This document shows positions 34,627-47,134 of a stretch of 64,000 bases of DNA, piece by piece. The translations under genes and the position numbers were made by a program. Position 1 is the first letter of the stretch. Every line of letters begins with the position of its first letter. The DNA comes from Azolla caroliniana. Taxonomy: Eukaryota; Plantae; Polypodiophyta. The notes below the pieces were generated by a model that made no database searches, was not told the DNA's origin, and saw nothing but the letters and a program-made list of their open reading frames with translations. The stretch is from the NCBI GenBank assembly GCA_043228905.1, contig JBHGNT010000004.1, positions 18,352,001-18,416,000 on the forward strand, written 5' to 3'.

Positions 34627-37600
34627 TAGCCAGTCACTTACTGAATGAAATTCAAATCATGGAATTTGCAATCTTCTACTTTTTACATATTATTTGTAGG
34701 AATATCTTTTCCCAACTGGATTGAGCTTTGTTAATGCAGGCACTAACCAGGGGAAAGTAAGTCAAGGAGAAACCCTAAAATTCAAAGCCGAGGACGTAAA
34801 TTCTAAGGATACCGATTCGGTGACGACATTGAAGTTCAAGGTGCCGAACGACTTCGGGAGACCAGGAGCAATCCTAGTGGAACACAAGAACAACAATGAG
34901 TTCTTCTTAAAGGCCATAACCTTAGCGATGCCAGATGCGACAACCATACATTTCCCTTGCGATTCGTGGATTGTCGATATCAAGATGAACGGGGGCAAGC
35001 CAAGGGTATTCTTCAACAATCAGGTGAGCAATGACCCAAGTGTGGAAGGAAGGAAGCAACATCAAAGTGATGATTTTCATTAGACTAATCTCAACATATT
35101 CATTCATATGGTCATTAAGACTTGTGGAATGATTAACAAGTGAGGGGTATTTTGTTGTAGCCATGCTTGCCGAGTGGGACACCCGAGGCATTGAAGAAGT
35201 TAAGAACCACGGATTTGGAGCTTTTGAGAGGGGATGGTAAAGGAGAAAGGAAATTCGGAGAGAGAATCTATGATTATGATATCTATAATGATCTAGGCAA
35301 CCCCGATAAGAAAGACCTGGTCCGTAAAAACCTAGGGGGTTCCTCTGAATTTCCATACCCCAGACGATGTCGTACTGGTCGAGCCAAAACCAAGACTGGT
35401 ATAAAATCACTTGGTGTCATTTCACAACCTCAAAACTTATGTAAAACCACTCTTATTAATGCTTAAAATTTGAAGATTCTAACCATTGGTTCTTCATGAT
35501 GTTGTTGGTACATAGATCCAAAGGCCGAGAAACCATCTTCGTTGCTCGGCACACCTTACTTACCTCGAGACGAGAATTTTAGTGCTGTAAAATACAACCT
35601 ATTCTTCAGTGCAGCTCTAGGAGCTTTCGGCCGTGATGTACTCCCTTCACTACAAACAATCCTCGGCAACACCAAGCCGTTCAAAACATTCAATCAAATA
35701 CACGAGCTATATGACGGGGACCTCAAAATACTCACACAATCGAAGAGTTCTACTAAAGCTGGATCCGTAAAAGTGCAGGACGAAACACCCATTAGTTTTC
35801 CTCGACCTGGCGTTGTTGGAGGTAAATGTTCCGATCTTATCATGTTTGTGGATTTATTGTAGAGCTGGAAGGCAATCAAAATATAATATAAGTTTCATGT
35901 CTGTTAAATGACAGCGAACATTCAATCGTGGGGCACCGATCAAGAATTTGGCCGTCAAAGACTTGCGGGTGCAAACCCATTCTGCATTCAAAGGCTTACG
36001 GTATGAAACCTCATATGCTATGTTCACAGTAATGTTAGGGGCTAAAATTTAAAAATGTACATGGACATAGTACTAATCAACATTGATAGAAGAAAAGATA
36101 GGGTGCAACATTTTCTGATGATCTACAAAATCGACATTTTCTCTAACTTTTGTTCTTTTGCCATGGCGATAATCTCAGGAATTTCCCATAGTGAGTGAAT
36201 TGGATGAAGGGGAATATGGCCCTAAAGAATCAGCTATCACAAGAAAACACATTGAGCCCTACTTGGGTGGCCTCACCGTGGAACAGGTGTGTGTTTTTGT
36301 ATTTTTAAGAGTTGTAATCAACTAGAAGTAAACAACAAATCATAGAGAAAACAGAGCATAACATTATCTTGAGTAATGGCTTTCATAAATCCATAATAGA
36401 CTTGGAACATATTAACATTATTATCTTTTTTAATAATGTTGATTTATGAGATGTTGATAACTTACTTAAGACGTCTATTGCCCGCTTGATAGGCCATATC
36501 GGAAAACACACTTTATATCCTTGATTATCATGATGCAATCTTGCCTTATGTTAACAAAATCAATGAAGGCAGCGGGAAATTGTATGCTTCGAGGACGATT
36601 TTCCACTTGACAAAGTTCGGCTTTATTTTGCCATTGGTAATTGAGTTGAGTCTCCCACCCAAAAAGAGAGGGGAGACAGGTAAAAAGAGAGTGTTCACCG
36701 TGCCACCACCGAGTGTGGTCGATTTCGAATGGAGGTTAGCCAAAACACACGTGTCTACAGTGGATTGCGGCATACACGAGCTTGTGAGCCATTGGTATGC
36801 TAATGAATGATGGTTGATCTCTAAAGTAACTTTTTAGTTCTGTGATTCTCCTTTCAGTTTCAAACATTTTTTAGCTCTGAGAATTTGGCTAGCATAGCAT
36901 AAACAAGGAGCAATCAGTTAGACATAGCTTATTTATCAAAACCAAATAGATGATACATACACATAGAGTTGCTTTGAGAACTCCCAACTTCACATTATCG
37001 TTGCCATCAAAATTTCCTTTTCCATTCTAAGCCACCATTTGTGCATATAGATACATGTTTTTTTGCATTTACATCCACTGTCTTACAAGATCTAAAGTTT
37101 GTTATTTCATTGAAGTGTCAAGATTTGTTATTCTAGAACTCAATTCATGCTTTTTAAGATTTAAAAGCTTTTAACTTGTGTTTTACAGGTTAAGGACGCA
37201 TGCGTGTGTGGAGCCATTTATAATCGCNNNNNNNNNNNNNNNNNNNNNNNNNNNNNNNNNNNNNNNNNNNNNNNNNNNNNNNNNNNNNNNNNNNNNNNNN
37301 NNNNNNNNNNNNNNNNNNNNNNNNNNNACAGGGTTTGAAGACATATTATTATTGTATACAAAAAGCAAAAGTTCATGTCTCAGTTTCTTTATGAATACTT
37401 TATAAGAAACATGGAGATTAGTGGACCCCTTCATTCCCACCCTTTCCCTTGTTTGTAATTAGTTTGTCTGGGTTTTTGTTAGATTGTGCTTTTCTAATTG
37501 TGCTAAGAGAGGCATGTAATGTTTGGTATCTTGGTGCTTAATGTGCTTAATTTGTTTAAATATGACACCCACGAGAATGTATATGTGAAAATCTCAAGAA

Positions 37601-39292
37601 AATAAGAGGTTGACTATGAATATTTCCGTTTTTTTTTTATCAACTTTGGAACTATATTTGTGTTTACGCTTTAATAGGAACTCATTTAACGTTTTTGGAA
37701 TAGTAACATCGTAAATATGAATTGATTGTACCTATGATGCATAGAGATTGCAACTTTGTCAGAGTTTGAAGTCATATTATTATTGTATACAAAAAGCAAA
37801 AGTTCATGTCTCAGTTTCTTTATGAATACTTTATAAGAAACACTCAAGAAAATAAGAGGTTGACTATGAATATTTCCGTTTTTTTTTATCAACTTTGGAA
37901 CTATATTTGTGTTTACGCTTTAATAGGAACTCATTTAACGTTTTTGGAATAGTAACATCGTAAATATGAATTGATTGTACCTATGATGCATAGAGATTGA
38001 AACTTTGTCAGAGTTTGAAGTCATATTATTATTGTATACAAAAAGCAAAAGTTCATGTCTCAGTTTCTTTATGAATACTTTATAAGAAACATGGAGATTA
38101 GTGGGCCCCTTCATTCCCACCCTTTCCCTTCTTTGTAATTAGTTTGTATGGGTTATTGTCAGATTGTGCTTTTCTAATTTTGCTAAGAGAGGCATGTAAT
38201 GTTTGGTATCTTGGTGCTTAATGTGCTTAATTTGTTTAAATATGACAACCACGAGAATGTACATGTGAAAATCTCAGGAAAATAAGAGGTTGACGATGAA
38301 TATTTCCGTTTTTTTTTATGAACTTTGGAACTACCATAGTGTGTTGAACCATAACAATTCTTACATTATTTTGTCCGAAATTTGCCAAGTATTGGAATTC
38401 TCAATGAACTTTTGTGGGTTTTAGTAATCTATTGCAACTAGAATCAAAGTCAAATTTGCTTTTTGGTAATTTGCTACCATTTGATTTGTTGCTTTATGTC
38501 TCAAACCATAATAATATACTATTTGATATTGACAGAGGGATGGCCGTGGAGGATCCATCATCAAGGCATGGGTTGAAGCTTTTGATACAAGACTATCCCT
38601 TTGCAGAGGATGGTTTGGAGGTATGGGCAGCAATCAAGCAATGGGCGACGGATTACGTGGGCATATATTACAAGACCGATGAAACCGTGCAGGCCGATGA
38701 CGAGTTGCAAGCATGGTGGCATGAGATTAGAAACATTGGTCATGGCGACCACGCAAATGCCGATTGGTGGGTAGATATGAGCACACGAGACGCATTGGTA
38801 GAAACTCTAACGACTATCGTGTGGATAACGTCCGGACACCATGCGGCCGTGAACTTCGGGCAATACGCCTACTTTGGGTACATGCCTAACTACCCGACAA
38901 TGACAAGGCTCCTCATCCCGGAACGAGACACGCCCGAGTACGCCCAAATGTTATCGAATCCCGAGGCATACTTCCTCAAGACGGTGTCGTCGCAAGGTGA
39001 GGCGACACTTATTATGGCCACGGTGGAGCTTCTAGCACAACATATGGCCGATGAGGAGTATCTAGGGGAACGCAAGGATCCACGGTGGACATCCGACGCA
39101 AGTGCCATCGATGCCCTCAATAGATTTAAAAAGGCTCTTGTGGATGTAGAGAAGCATGTGGAGGATCGTGTTAAGTGTGCTAATGCCCTCTCCCATCGCT
39201 CTGGCCCCACCATGCTTGATTACACCCTGTTGGCCCCCTCTTCCGAACCAGGTCTCACCTTCCGTGGCATCCCCAATAGCATTTCTATATGA
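34176..39292 (+). CDS. LOX: Lipoxygenase (PLAT/LH2 + LOX catalytic domain) with predicted plastid transit peptide; 9 exons, exon 8 mostly in an assembly gap
   Basis: Exons 34176-34542, 34740-35023, 35161-35398, 35516-35821, 35915-36000, 36179-36286, 36493-36794, 37189-(gap), 38536-39292. Motifs [76 protein letters not shown]-terminal GIPNSISI; Ser/Arg-rich N-terminus. Confidence 0.95.
37228..37327. other. Assembly gap (100 N) hiding most of LOX exon 8
   Basis: Run of 100 N directly after [13 protein letters not shown]. Confidence 1.
37333..38332 (+). repeat. Nested tandem duplications in the last LOX intron (~249-bp and ~680-bp offsets)
   Basis: GTTTGAAG.CATATTATTATTGTATACAAAAAGC at ~37333, 37764, 38013; near-identical copies. 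Confidence 0.9.
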
Positions 39293-40687
39293 TTTTCTTT
39301 ACAATGACAAAACACCCATCATGAAAAACTAGGCATTACAACGTACCCTATTTCAGAACATTACAAAAACATTGTACATGTGCACAGGCAACAGTCGCTT
39401 TTGTTTTGATCTTTGTTGACATCCAATGATTTCCAAATTTTTCTTTACTATGTTTGTGCTATGGGAAAAGTTTATTTAGTGTAAGTTAAAACAAACTCAA
39501 TTTGTGTTCATGTAAGCCTATCCTATCATAGAAATAACGAAATAGTAGGTGCAAAATTAGTAAGCTGTGAAAGAATGCCATTATACATAATATGGGAGGT
39601 GTTGGGCATCCTACAAATTATGGGTCATAGATTTACTAGGACGGCTTATAGAAATACACATAGGATGGTATAGTGAAGCTACTATGACATTCTAATTTAC
39701 AAAAATGATGCTGTAATGAAGCCATTGTTTTGCAACATTAAAGTTGCCAACCAAATCTCAAGTCATAGTTACTATGTTACCATTTGATATTGAAACTCTT
39801 CATGTTTGTTGTTATGTGACATTCTTTTCCACAACACAAGTTCTGAGAATGAAACAAATAGAGGAAGTTAATGAAGCAACTTATGACTCTTGACCATGAG
39901 TAGAGACTCTATAGCTAATATAGGCTCGTATGAGGGACCATTAAAACCGGAGATATAGACTTGCCAATGAATGATGATGTCCAACTATGAACTAACAATT
40001 GTAGTAAGAAATTGTTGTTTGTCAATGGGATTGATGAAACCAAAAGGGCCACTTGCATTCGTCCCTGTATCATTGAATAGTGTGAACCCTACGACAAGCT
40101 GCCTGGCATAAAAGATATAGATTATCAGCAAATTGACATTGCCTCTCAATAGTTGTTAATGATAGAAACTTGGTTGCATCTATTTCGTTCAAATTGTAAT
40201 GACTTGGAGAGCATTCATTTACAAAGAACATGTGGCATTGCTAGTGACGTCAATTGAGTTGAACAACGTTTGTGGGAAAAGTTGAACAATTGATTTTCTT
40301 AATGTGAGATCTTGATGATGGCCTTGTTAAAGGTTTTAGGCTCCTTCAGATTTGTTGGTGTTGAGATACAAGCTCAACATTCGCCGGATCGGCTGTGCAA
40401 GCCGAGAACCGGATCGGTTGGGACCGATCTGTTAGGCCGGACCGGTACGTAAATCGGGTGCATAAACCGGTGCGTAACAAGAAGTTGTAGCGGTGCGTAA
40501 ACCGCGAGGCCGTTAGAAAGATATTCCGTGTAGGAATATATTTTGGGAGTTAGTGTAGAGCTCATTTATGAGCATTGAAGTACGTGTCAGTACTTCTGTC
40601 AGTCTATATGGACTTGTATAAAAGTGCTCATTGAGCACATTCTATGTACAGATTGAGCATTATTATTTTGATTAGAGTTGTGTGTAT

Positions 40688-40725
<38 letters not shown>

Positions 40726-41318
40726 ACAGACCACATTCTCTCTCTATCCGTCTCTCTCTCTAACGGCTCTCTCTCTCTCTCTAACGGCTCTCTCTGTCGC
40801 TGTCGTCGCCGTCGCCGTCACCGTCGCCGTCGTCTGCAGCCGTTGTCCGCAGCCGCTGCAACCGTCCCCGTCTGCTCTCTCTCTCTCTCGCTCGCTTCCT
40901 CGTCTCTCTCTGTCGCCGGCTAGTGTCGTCGCCGTCGCCGTCGCCGTCGCTGCCGTTATCTGCGGCCGTCGCCGTCTGCCACCGTGCAGTCGTCCACCGT
41001 CTTCTGCCGTCTGCTGCCGCCGTCCGCCGTCGGCTGCCGCCGTCTGCCGTCTGCTGCCGCCGTCTGCCGTCTGCTGCCGCCGTCCGCCGTCGGCTGCCGT
41101 CGTCTACCGTCGTTTGACGACTGCCACCGTCACGGGGTGTTTTCTTCTCCGTTCTCTTGATGTGGTGAAGTACCTTTTTCTCGACGAGTTCGTGGGTGGG
41201 TTCTTTTGGTGTGCTCGTCCCGTGCTACAAAATGCCGATGTGATTGCGACACACACACAAACTCGGCTAAGTCTCGAACCCATTTATTTTACCTTCTTTT
41301 TTTCTTATTGACACCACA

Positions 41319-42131
41319 ATGACGTCTAGACGGACTAAGGAACTTAAGGATATACAAGACGAGGCTATAAGTAAGGAGGAATTTTTAGATATGTTTAATC
41401 GTTTAACAAAAATAGAGATGGATATGAAAAAATGGGTGAAAGACACCGAAACCTACAATAAAAAAGATAGAGAGGAAAAAGACGCCCTCAAGGCCGAAAT
41501 AGAACAACTTAAAGTAGAAAACATCGACCTTAAAAAACAACTTAAGGACATCGAGGTATCTCGAGAAGACGGTGAAATATCCTCTATAGAGGATATAAAG
41601 GACGAAATTAAAAAAGTTAAAGAGGAAGTTAATAATAACATAGAGTTAGCTAAAACGGGTTGGGTAGATGTGGTTAAAAGAAACATTAAAAAAGAAATGA
41701 AAGATGAAAATATTGTTAACACCACCCTTGAAGAAGAGAAAATGCGTCAGGCCCGACGCTTAAATGTACGTGTCACTAGGCTCAAGGAAGGTGCATCCCC
41801 AAATGAGGACGCACAAACACTTGGGAAAATGTTAGGGTACACAGAGGCCCTACCTATCACCAAAGCATGGAGGGCCGGGCGTGACACAACTAGGAAGAGA
41901 GCCTTAGTCCTTCAATTTAAAGACTTAGACTCTAGAATCACTTTCTTTAAGAAGAGACCAATCCTTCGAGGAATGGATGGGGACCCCATCTATCTCGATG
42001 AAGACCTCACTAAGATGCAAATTGAGCATCGCAAGAGTTGTATGCCACGAGTTATGCAAGCTCGTAAAGAAGGCCATCGCGCCTTTTACCGAGACGGGCG
42101 AGTGATCATAAATGATCGCACTACTAACTGA
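41319..42131 (+). CDS. LINE ORF1 (coiled coil + RRM-like/CTD)
   Basis: Heptad-rich N-half; RRLNVRVTRLKE...RALVLQF...IYLDEDLT motifs of LINE ORF1 proteins. Confidence 0.85.
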   Translation: MTSRRTKELKDIQDEAISKEEFLDMFNRLTKIEMDMKKWVKDTETYNKKDREEKDALKAEIEQLKVENIDLKKQLKDIEVSREDGEISSIEDIKDEIKKVKEEVNNNIELAKTGWVDVVKRNIKKEMKDENIVNTTLEEEKMRQARRLNVRVTRLKEGASPNEDAQTLGKMLGYTEALPITKAWRAGRDTTRKRALVLQFKDLDSRITFFKKRPILRGMDGDPIYLDEDLTKMQIEHRKSCMPRVMQARKEGHRAFYRDGRVIINDRTTN

Positions 42132-42137
42132 CGGCGT

Positions 42138-45100
42138 GTGGCCCATGTGACAGAAAATGCACTTAGGATGACCCTATGGAATTGTAATGGCGCACTCTGG
42201 GCACACCCCGGCCGCCTAGAGGAGATACTAAAGGTATCTGATATACTTTTCTTGGTAGAAACACATCAGAGCCCAAATAGAGGACTCCCACGGGTCGAAG
42301 GATTCCGTTGGGAGTTCGCTTTTAGACAAACCTCACGTCGACACACTACTAGGGGATCTGGAGGTGTCGCGATACTATTTCGTAGAGAGCTACATAATAG
42401 GATAGAAATAATGAAGATAGACCCAGAAGCTCGTTTTATGTGGGTGAAAGTCTCCACAAGCAAAGACCATGCAATATTTTTCGCCATTTGTTACTTTCCC
42501 CCAAAAGGATCCCGTTATACTATTAGTGGCTTGACGAGATTAGTCGATGAAGGAATGCCACATGGGCCTTCTCCATACGAACCCCTATCGGATGACATAA
42601 TCCGATATTCTTCCCAAGGAGAAGTATTTCTTGTAGGAGACTTCAATGCGAGAACCCAATCCCGACAATGCACAGTATTTCAGATGAATAGAAACCTAGA
42701 AATGGTAAATGTTGATCCTTTAGACATAGGCACCACACGTAGATCAAAGGATCAAGGTGCGGACGCCACGAGCTTTGGCCATCACCTGCTCGAACTTGGC
42801 AGTCGGCACCAGATGGTCATATATAATGGTTTAGCTAAGTGGCCGGGCTCGGAAGAGCTCACATGTTTCCCACATGGAGGAGGGGAAAGCACAGTTGACT
42901 ATCTAATAGGGCGCCCGACAGCTACCCACTTGATTAACTCCTTCCGAGTGGCCCCATGCCCTATTGGCGCAGACCATAGCTTCTTATACTTCGAGCTAAA
43001 ATGTGATATCTCTAAGGTCACCAAGTCTAGTCAACCATGCCATCACACCACAATACATTTCACACATGAGCTCTCTGACATATACTCTCAACATGTTCAG
43101 GCCCATCTCCCCTCCATTGATCCCTCTCTACTGTTAGAAAGCCTTAGTACAAAACTCACACACATCCTTCACTCCGCAGCAGCTAGCAGTTTCCCATATA
43201 CAAAACACTCAAATCAAGGTAGATCAGGATCAATGCCACAAAATAAATGGTATGACGAGGATTGTAGGGACCTACATAGACAACTTACAGTATCGCAACT
43301 CAATGGTAGTATTACCTCCACACAAGATCGCAAAGAAATGCGTAAGATGACACGTCGTAAGAGACGAGCGTGGGAGGCATCCCAATACTGGGAACTCTAC
43401 CATATGCTCATGAGTAGCGATTGTGCCACGGCATGGAAGAGACTACGGGAGCCAAGACCACAAACACCCATCGAAGATCCCGAAACTTGGCACACATATA
43501 CAGAGAGACTTTACCAAATCCCAAACCAACCACCTTTTCCAATGCCTTCCACACCCCGGCCTACCACGGGGACACTTTTCACGACCTCTAGGGTCATGAA
43601 GGTCATAAAGAAATTACAACATAGGAAGTCCATGGACCACACAGGATTGCGAGCAGAACACATTATATATGCGAGAGAGTGCCTAGCTCCCTTGCTAACT
43701 CTAATCTTCAATCGCGCCCTTGCGGAGGGTTTTCCACCACAGTGGACTATGAATACAGTGACCCCCATACATAAAGGGGGGGACCCCATGGACCCAAATA
43801 CATATAGGACCATTATGATAGGCCATACCCTTGCTAAGTTATATGGTGCAGTAATGGAAGCAGAGCTTAGCGACTACATGGAGACCCTAAACCTTCGTGC
43901 ACCTGAACAAGCTGGCTTTAGACGAGCCTTCTCCACTATTGATCACATCTTCACACTTAGATGCCTAATTGACCAAACTAGGGCTCGCAAGAAGAGATTA
44001 TATTGTTGTTTTGTGGACTTCCGCAAAGCCTTTGACACAGTCCCTAGAGATCGGTTGTCTGATAGACTTAAAAGCTTGAGGATACCAGATGATATGGTAT
44101 GGGCCATCTACGCACTATATGAACAAGTGTCCGGGTGTGTCCGATGCCCAGGTGGCCTATCCAATTGTTTCACTAGCACTATTGGTGTAAAACAAGGTTG
44201 CCCCCTATCACCGACGCTTTTTGGGATCTACATTGATGAGATCACAGATTTTATTGCTCGTGAGGGAGGCACCGGAGTGGTCCTTGGGGATACGCAGGTT
44301 CGTATCTTGCTCTATGCGGATGGCATAGTTTTGCTCTCTGAATCCGAACACGACCTACAGAGGCACCTAAATGCCTTAGATGACTTTTGTGTACAACGAG
44401 GATTGGTAGTGAATCTAGGGAAAACGAAAGTCCTTATCTTCCACACATCGGCCCAAGTTAGAGCTAAGTGTCACCTAACTATCTCCCATAGCCCAGTCGA
44501 GGTGGTTGGATCGTACGTATATCTCGGAGTCACTTTTAGTGCCCGCTCAGGTAAATTTTCGATGACACAAGCAGCGAAGGATAGACTCACGAGAGGACAT
44601 GCATCCCTCTCACTCCTAGAGAGACAATGCCACCAAGCACACTTTCAAGAGCCACGGACTAAAGGGTGGCTCTTTGACTCATTAGTGACCCCCTCCCTCA
44701 TGTATGCATCTGCGGTTTGGGCTCCAGGATTACCATCCTTCATGTGGACGCAATTAGAGAGACCATTGGTGATGATGCTATCACGCCAACTCCGAAGCAA
44801 ATCGACTGTACCACATGACATTATTAGGGCCGAGTTCACGTTACCCCCAATGCTAGTAGAGGCACTTTTTCAACTTGTAGTCTTTATTGATAGGATACAT
44901 AGCCAACCACATGATAGAATATCTCATCAAGCCTTTAAGGCCTCTCGATCATTGTATGAGTCCGGCTATACTAGCTCATGGTATGGCATGATGGTGACTT
45001 GGCTTCTTGCGAATGGTCTAGACATTAATAACCTACCTCCCCTTAGGTACAACCACACGAGTGATAACACCTTAATCTCTCATGAGAACCGCAATAAAGT

Positions 45101-45869
45101 AATACGCCAAGAAATATGGCAAATTTACACTCGGTGTAAATGGATCACCCCACTAGAGCCACTCCCATCTAAAATGTCGTACTATAAGAAACACTTCATG
45201 CACTTCTCTGAGTTAGGTTTTATCACACGGCCAAAATATCTAGATGTATTCTTACCACATGCACTAAGGGTTGCCATTGGACAACTTAGAATATCGTCTC
45301 ACCAACTTGAGATTGAAAATGGCCGTACTAGTGGAGTCCCTAGGGAGGAAAGGATATGTAGGTTATGTCACATAGAGATAGAGGATGAGTACCACTTTAC
45401 TTGCAAGTGTCCAACCTATGCCGAGATAAGGGCAAAATACCAAGACATACTTGGTCCGTCTCCCACCCTCCCCAAACTATTAGATACTCTAGATATAAAG
45501 AAATTAGGCAAATACATTCTAGAGCTAAAACAACACAGAGAGAATAAATTACAAAATGTTGACAATAATGTTGCTAATGATCACGAACATGTAACAAATG
45601 CAGTTTTTCAGGAACCTGAGGAGACAACGAATGCCGACACACTTGCACCACTCGGCCTTTCCATTGATGAGGCAGAAAACCAGAGAAGAACCAGACGTCC
45701 TCGGGTGCCGGGTTTCAAAACAACTCAACGTGATGTGGACGCAATATTGAAAATAAGGGAACGTGAGCTACACCGCCTAGAAGCCATGGCTAGGGCACTC
45801 TCTACATTGGAACCCACATCAAGACCCTTTGACCCCCCACTTCTTTTCGAGAGGCTTGGGTGGAAATAA
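42138..45869 (+). CDS. LINE ORF2: APE endonuclease, reverse transcriptase, C-terminal CCHC zinc finger (RT motif YADG rather than YADD)
   Basis: WNCNG, LVETH, GDFNART, STVDYL, GADH (EN); QAGFR, FVDFRKAFD, GVKQGCPLSP, YADG; RICRLCHIEIEDEYHFTCKC. Confidence 0.95.
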   Translation: MAHVTENALRMTLWNCNGALWAHPGRLEEILKVSDILFLVETHQSPNRGLPRVEGFRWEFAFRQTSRRHTTRGSGGVAILFRRELHNRIEIMKIDPEARFMWVKVSTSKDHAIFFAICYFPPKGSRYTISGLTRLVDEGMPHGPSPYEPLSDDIIRYSSQGEVFLVGDFNARTQSRQCTVFQMNRNLEMVNVDPLDIGTTRRSKDQGADATSFGHHLLELGSRHQMVIYNGLAKWPGSEELTCFPHGGGESTVDYLIGRPTATHLINSFRVAPCPIGADHSFLYFELKCDISKVTKSSQPCHHTTIHFTHELSDIYSQHVQAHLPSIDPSLLLESLSTKLTHILHSAAASSFPYTKHSNQGRSGSMPQNKWYDEDCRDLHRQLTVSQLNGSITSTQDRKEMRKMTRRKRRAWEASQYWELYHMLMSSDCATAWKRLREPRPQTPIEDPETWHTYTERLYQIPNQPPFPMPSTPRPTTGTLFTTSRVMKVIKKLQHRKSMDHTGLRAEHIIYARECLAPLLTLIFNRALAEGFPPQWTMNTVTPIHKGGDPMDPNTYRTIMIGHTLAKLYGAVMEAELSDYMETLNLRAPEQAGFRRAFSTIDHIFTLRCLIDQTRARKKRLYCCFVDFRKAFDTVPRDRLSDRLKSLRIPDDMVWAIYALYEQVSGCVRCPGGLSNCFTSTIGVKQGCPLSPTLFGIYIDEITDFIAREGGTGVVLGDTQVRILLYADGIVLLSESEHDLQRHLNALDDFCVQRGLVVNLGKTKVLIFHTSAQVRAKCHLTISHSPVEVVGSYVYLGVTFSARSGKFSMTQAAKDRLTRGHASLSLLERQCHQAHFQEPRTKGWLFDSLVTPSLMYASAVWAPGLPSFMWTQLERPLVMMLSRQLRSKSTVPHDIIRAEFTLPPMLVEALFQLVVFIDRIHSQPHDRISHQAFKASRSLYESGYTSSWYGMMVTWLLANGLDINNLPPLRYNHTSDNTLISHENRNKVIRQEIWQIYTRCKWITPLEPLPSKMSYYKKHFMHFSELGFITRPKYLDVFLPHALRVAIGQLRISSHQLEIENGRTSGVPREERICRLCHIEIEDEYHFTCKCPTYAEIRAKYQDILGPSPTLPKLLDTLDIKKLGKYILELKQHRENKLQNVDNNVANDHEHVTNAVFQEPEETTNADTLAPLGLSIDEAENQRRTRRPRVPGFKTTQRDVDAILKIRERELHRLEAMARALSTLEPTSRPFDPPLLFERLGWK

Positions 45870-46862
45870 AATTAGGCTTAGTGTATAGTCACTTTCGAGT
45901 ATACTACATATTGTACACTACTAGAACTCTTTTAGCTTAAGTTCTATTTTTTTTTACTTAATTTTATTTTTAGTTATGATGACTGGATAAATACTCTATT
46001 GTTGTAAACCAATTGTCTCATGGGCCAAATTTGGCCTTAGAAGACGTTAATACATCTTTCTTTCTTTCTTCTTTCTTTCTCTCTCTCTCTCTCTCTCCCG
46101 CGTACTGTGTGTCCAAGCTTTCCATTAAACCTGTGTTATTTCCTACGTTCGGTTTTCTGTTGCTTCCACACATTGTTCTTTTCATAGTTGGGTTATTATT
46201 CCCTTCTACATGGAGGAAGAGGTCCAAATATTTAATTGGGTCTATGCTTTCCCAAATTAGTATGTGGATGTGTATGTTGTAATGTGTCAACTTAAGTATG
46301 AAAAGAGCCCAAAACCACTTATGGACCTTCTCAGGGGTAATGAGGGGTTTTTTAGAAACATAACCCTTATTATTACTATTTCTATTTTTTGGGAATATAC
46401 TAGAAAGAATAGGCAACAAGAAAGTGTATATAGGGAGAGAAGATAGAGGTAGAGCAACCAGGTACTGTTCCAGCCCCGATCGATGACCAAACGACCTTTG
46501 ATGGTTGCCAAATTTAAGTGAATTATGCTTGACACTCTCATCTTCAAATACAATGGTTGGATTATTGTTTTATCTCCCTATCTTCATAGATTCTCCTCAG
46601 ATCGAACTCATAAATTTGTGTAATTTGCCACTATATGTGATGATAGTGGAGATTTGTTGATCCAAGAACGTACCTTGAAGATTGGAAAGCGTCTAGTTTT
46701 GAACTAGAGATGATTAGTGGAGTTTTCATGGAATTTCTTGCAAAATTTTTGTCCAAATTAGTTTGGTTTGATTACTATCTTATATTTCACAACACAAGTG
46801 GGGAAAAGATTTGTTAACTTCCATGTGAATTGTGGTATTGTTTTTATGCTTCCTTAACAAAG

Positions 46863-47133
46863 TGGTATTAGACCTTCCCCAACAAAGTGGTATTAGAGCT
46901 AGGTTGCTTGTTGTGTGATTCTTGTGTTGTGTGAAAATGGATGATAAAATTGGCATGCCCGGTATGGATTGTCTAAACGCGACCAATTATACCACTTGAA
47001 AAACAAGTATGGAGGATATCATTTATGTGAAGGATTTGTATGAGCTTATTTTAAGAGGGACTATTCCACTGGGTGTTGTTGCTAAAGAATGGTAAATCTT
47101 GAATTGAAAGGTCATTGATACAATTAGACAATG
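46863..47133 (+). pseudogene. Tnt1-like copia remnant: duplicated PBS-like motif and gag N-terminus
   Basis: TGGTATTAGACC/TGGTATTAGAGC; MDDKIGMPGMDCLNATNYTT*...MEDIIYVKDLYELI...KEW*ILN*KVIDTIRQ resembles the gag starting at 3977. Confidence 0.7.
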
Positions 47134-47134
47134 T

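Larger units (their letters stand above)
40723..46080 (+). mobile_element. Full-length LINE (non-L1; RTE-X/L2-CR1-like) inserted in the (CT)n tract of the solo LTR
   Basis: GC/CT-repeat 5' UTR, ORF1, ORF2, 3' palindrome GGCCAAATTTGGCC (46023-46036) and (TTTC)n tail. Confidence 0.9.
40359..46186 (+). mobile_element. Copia family B solo LTR split by a LINE insertion (halves 40359-40722 and ~46080-46186)
   Basis: Both halves match LTRs at 53070 and 20883-21267; 5-bp TSD GTTGG at 40354-40358 and 46187-46191. Confidence 0.88.

Noticed and set aside
39500-40358. Decayed hAT transposase after LOX
   Set aside because: Only vague resemblance; no convincing motif could be read
40678-41311. Short ORFs in the LINE 5' UTR
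   Set aside because: Products of CT and GCC/GTC simple repeats
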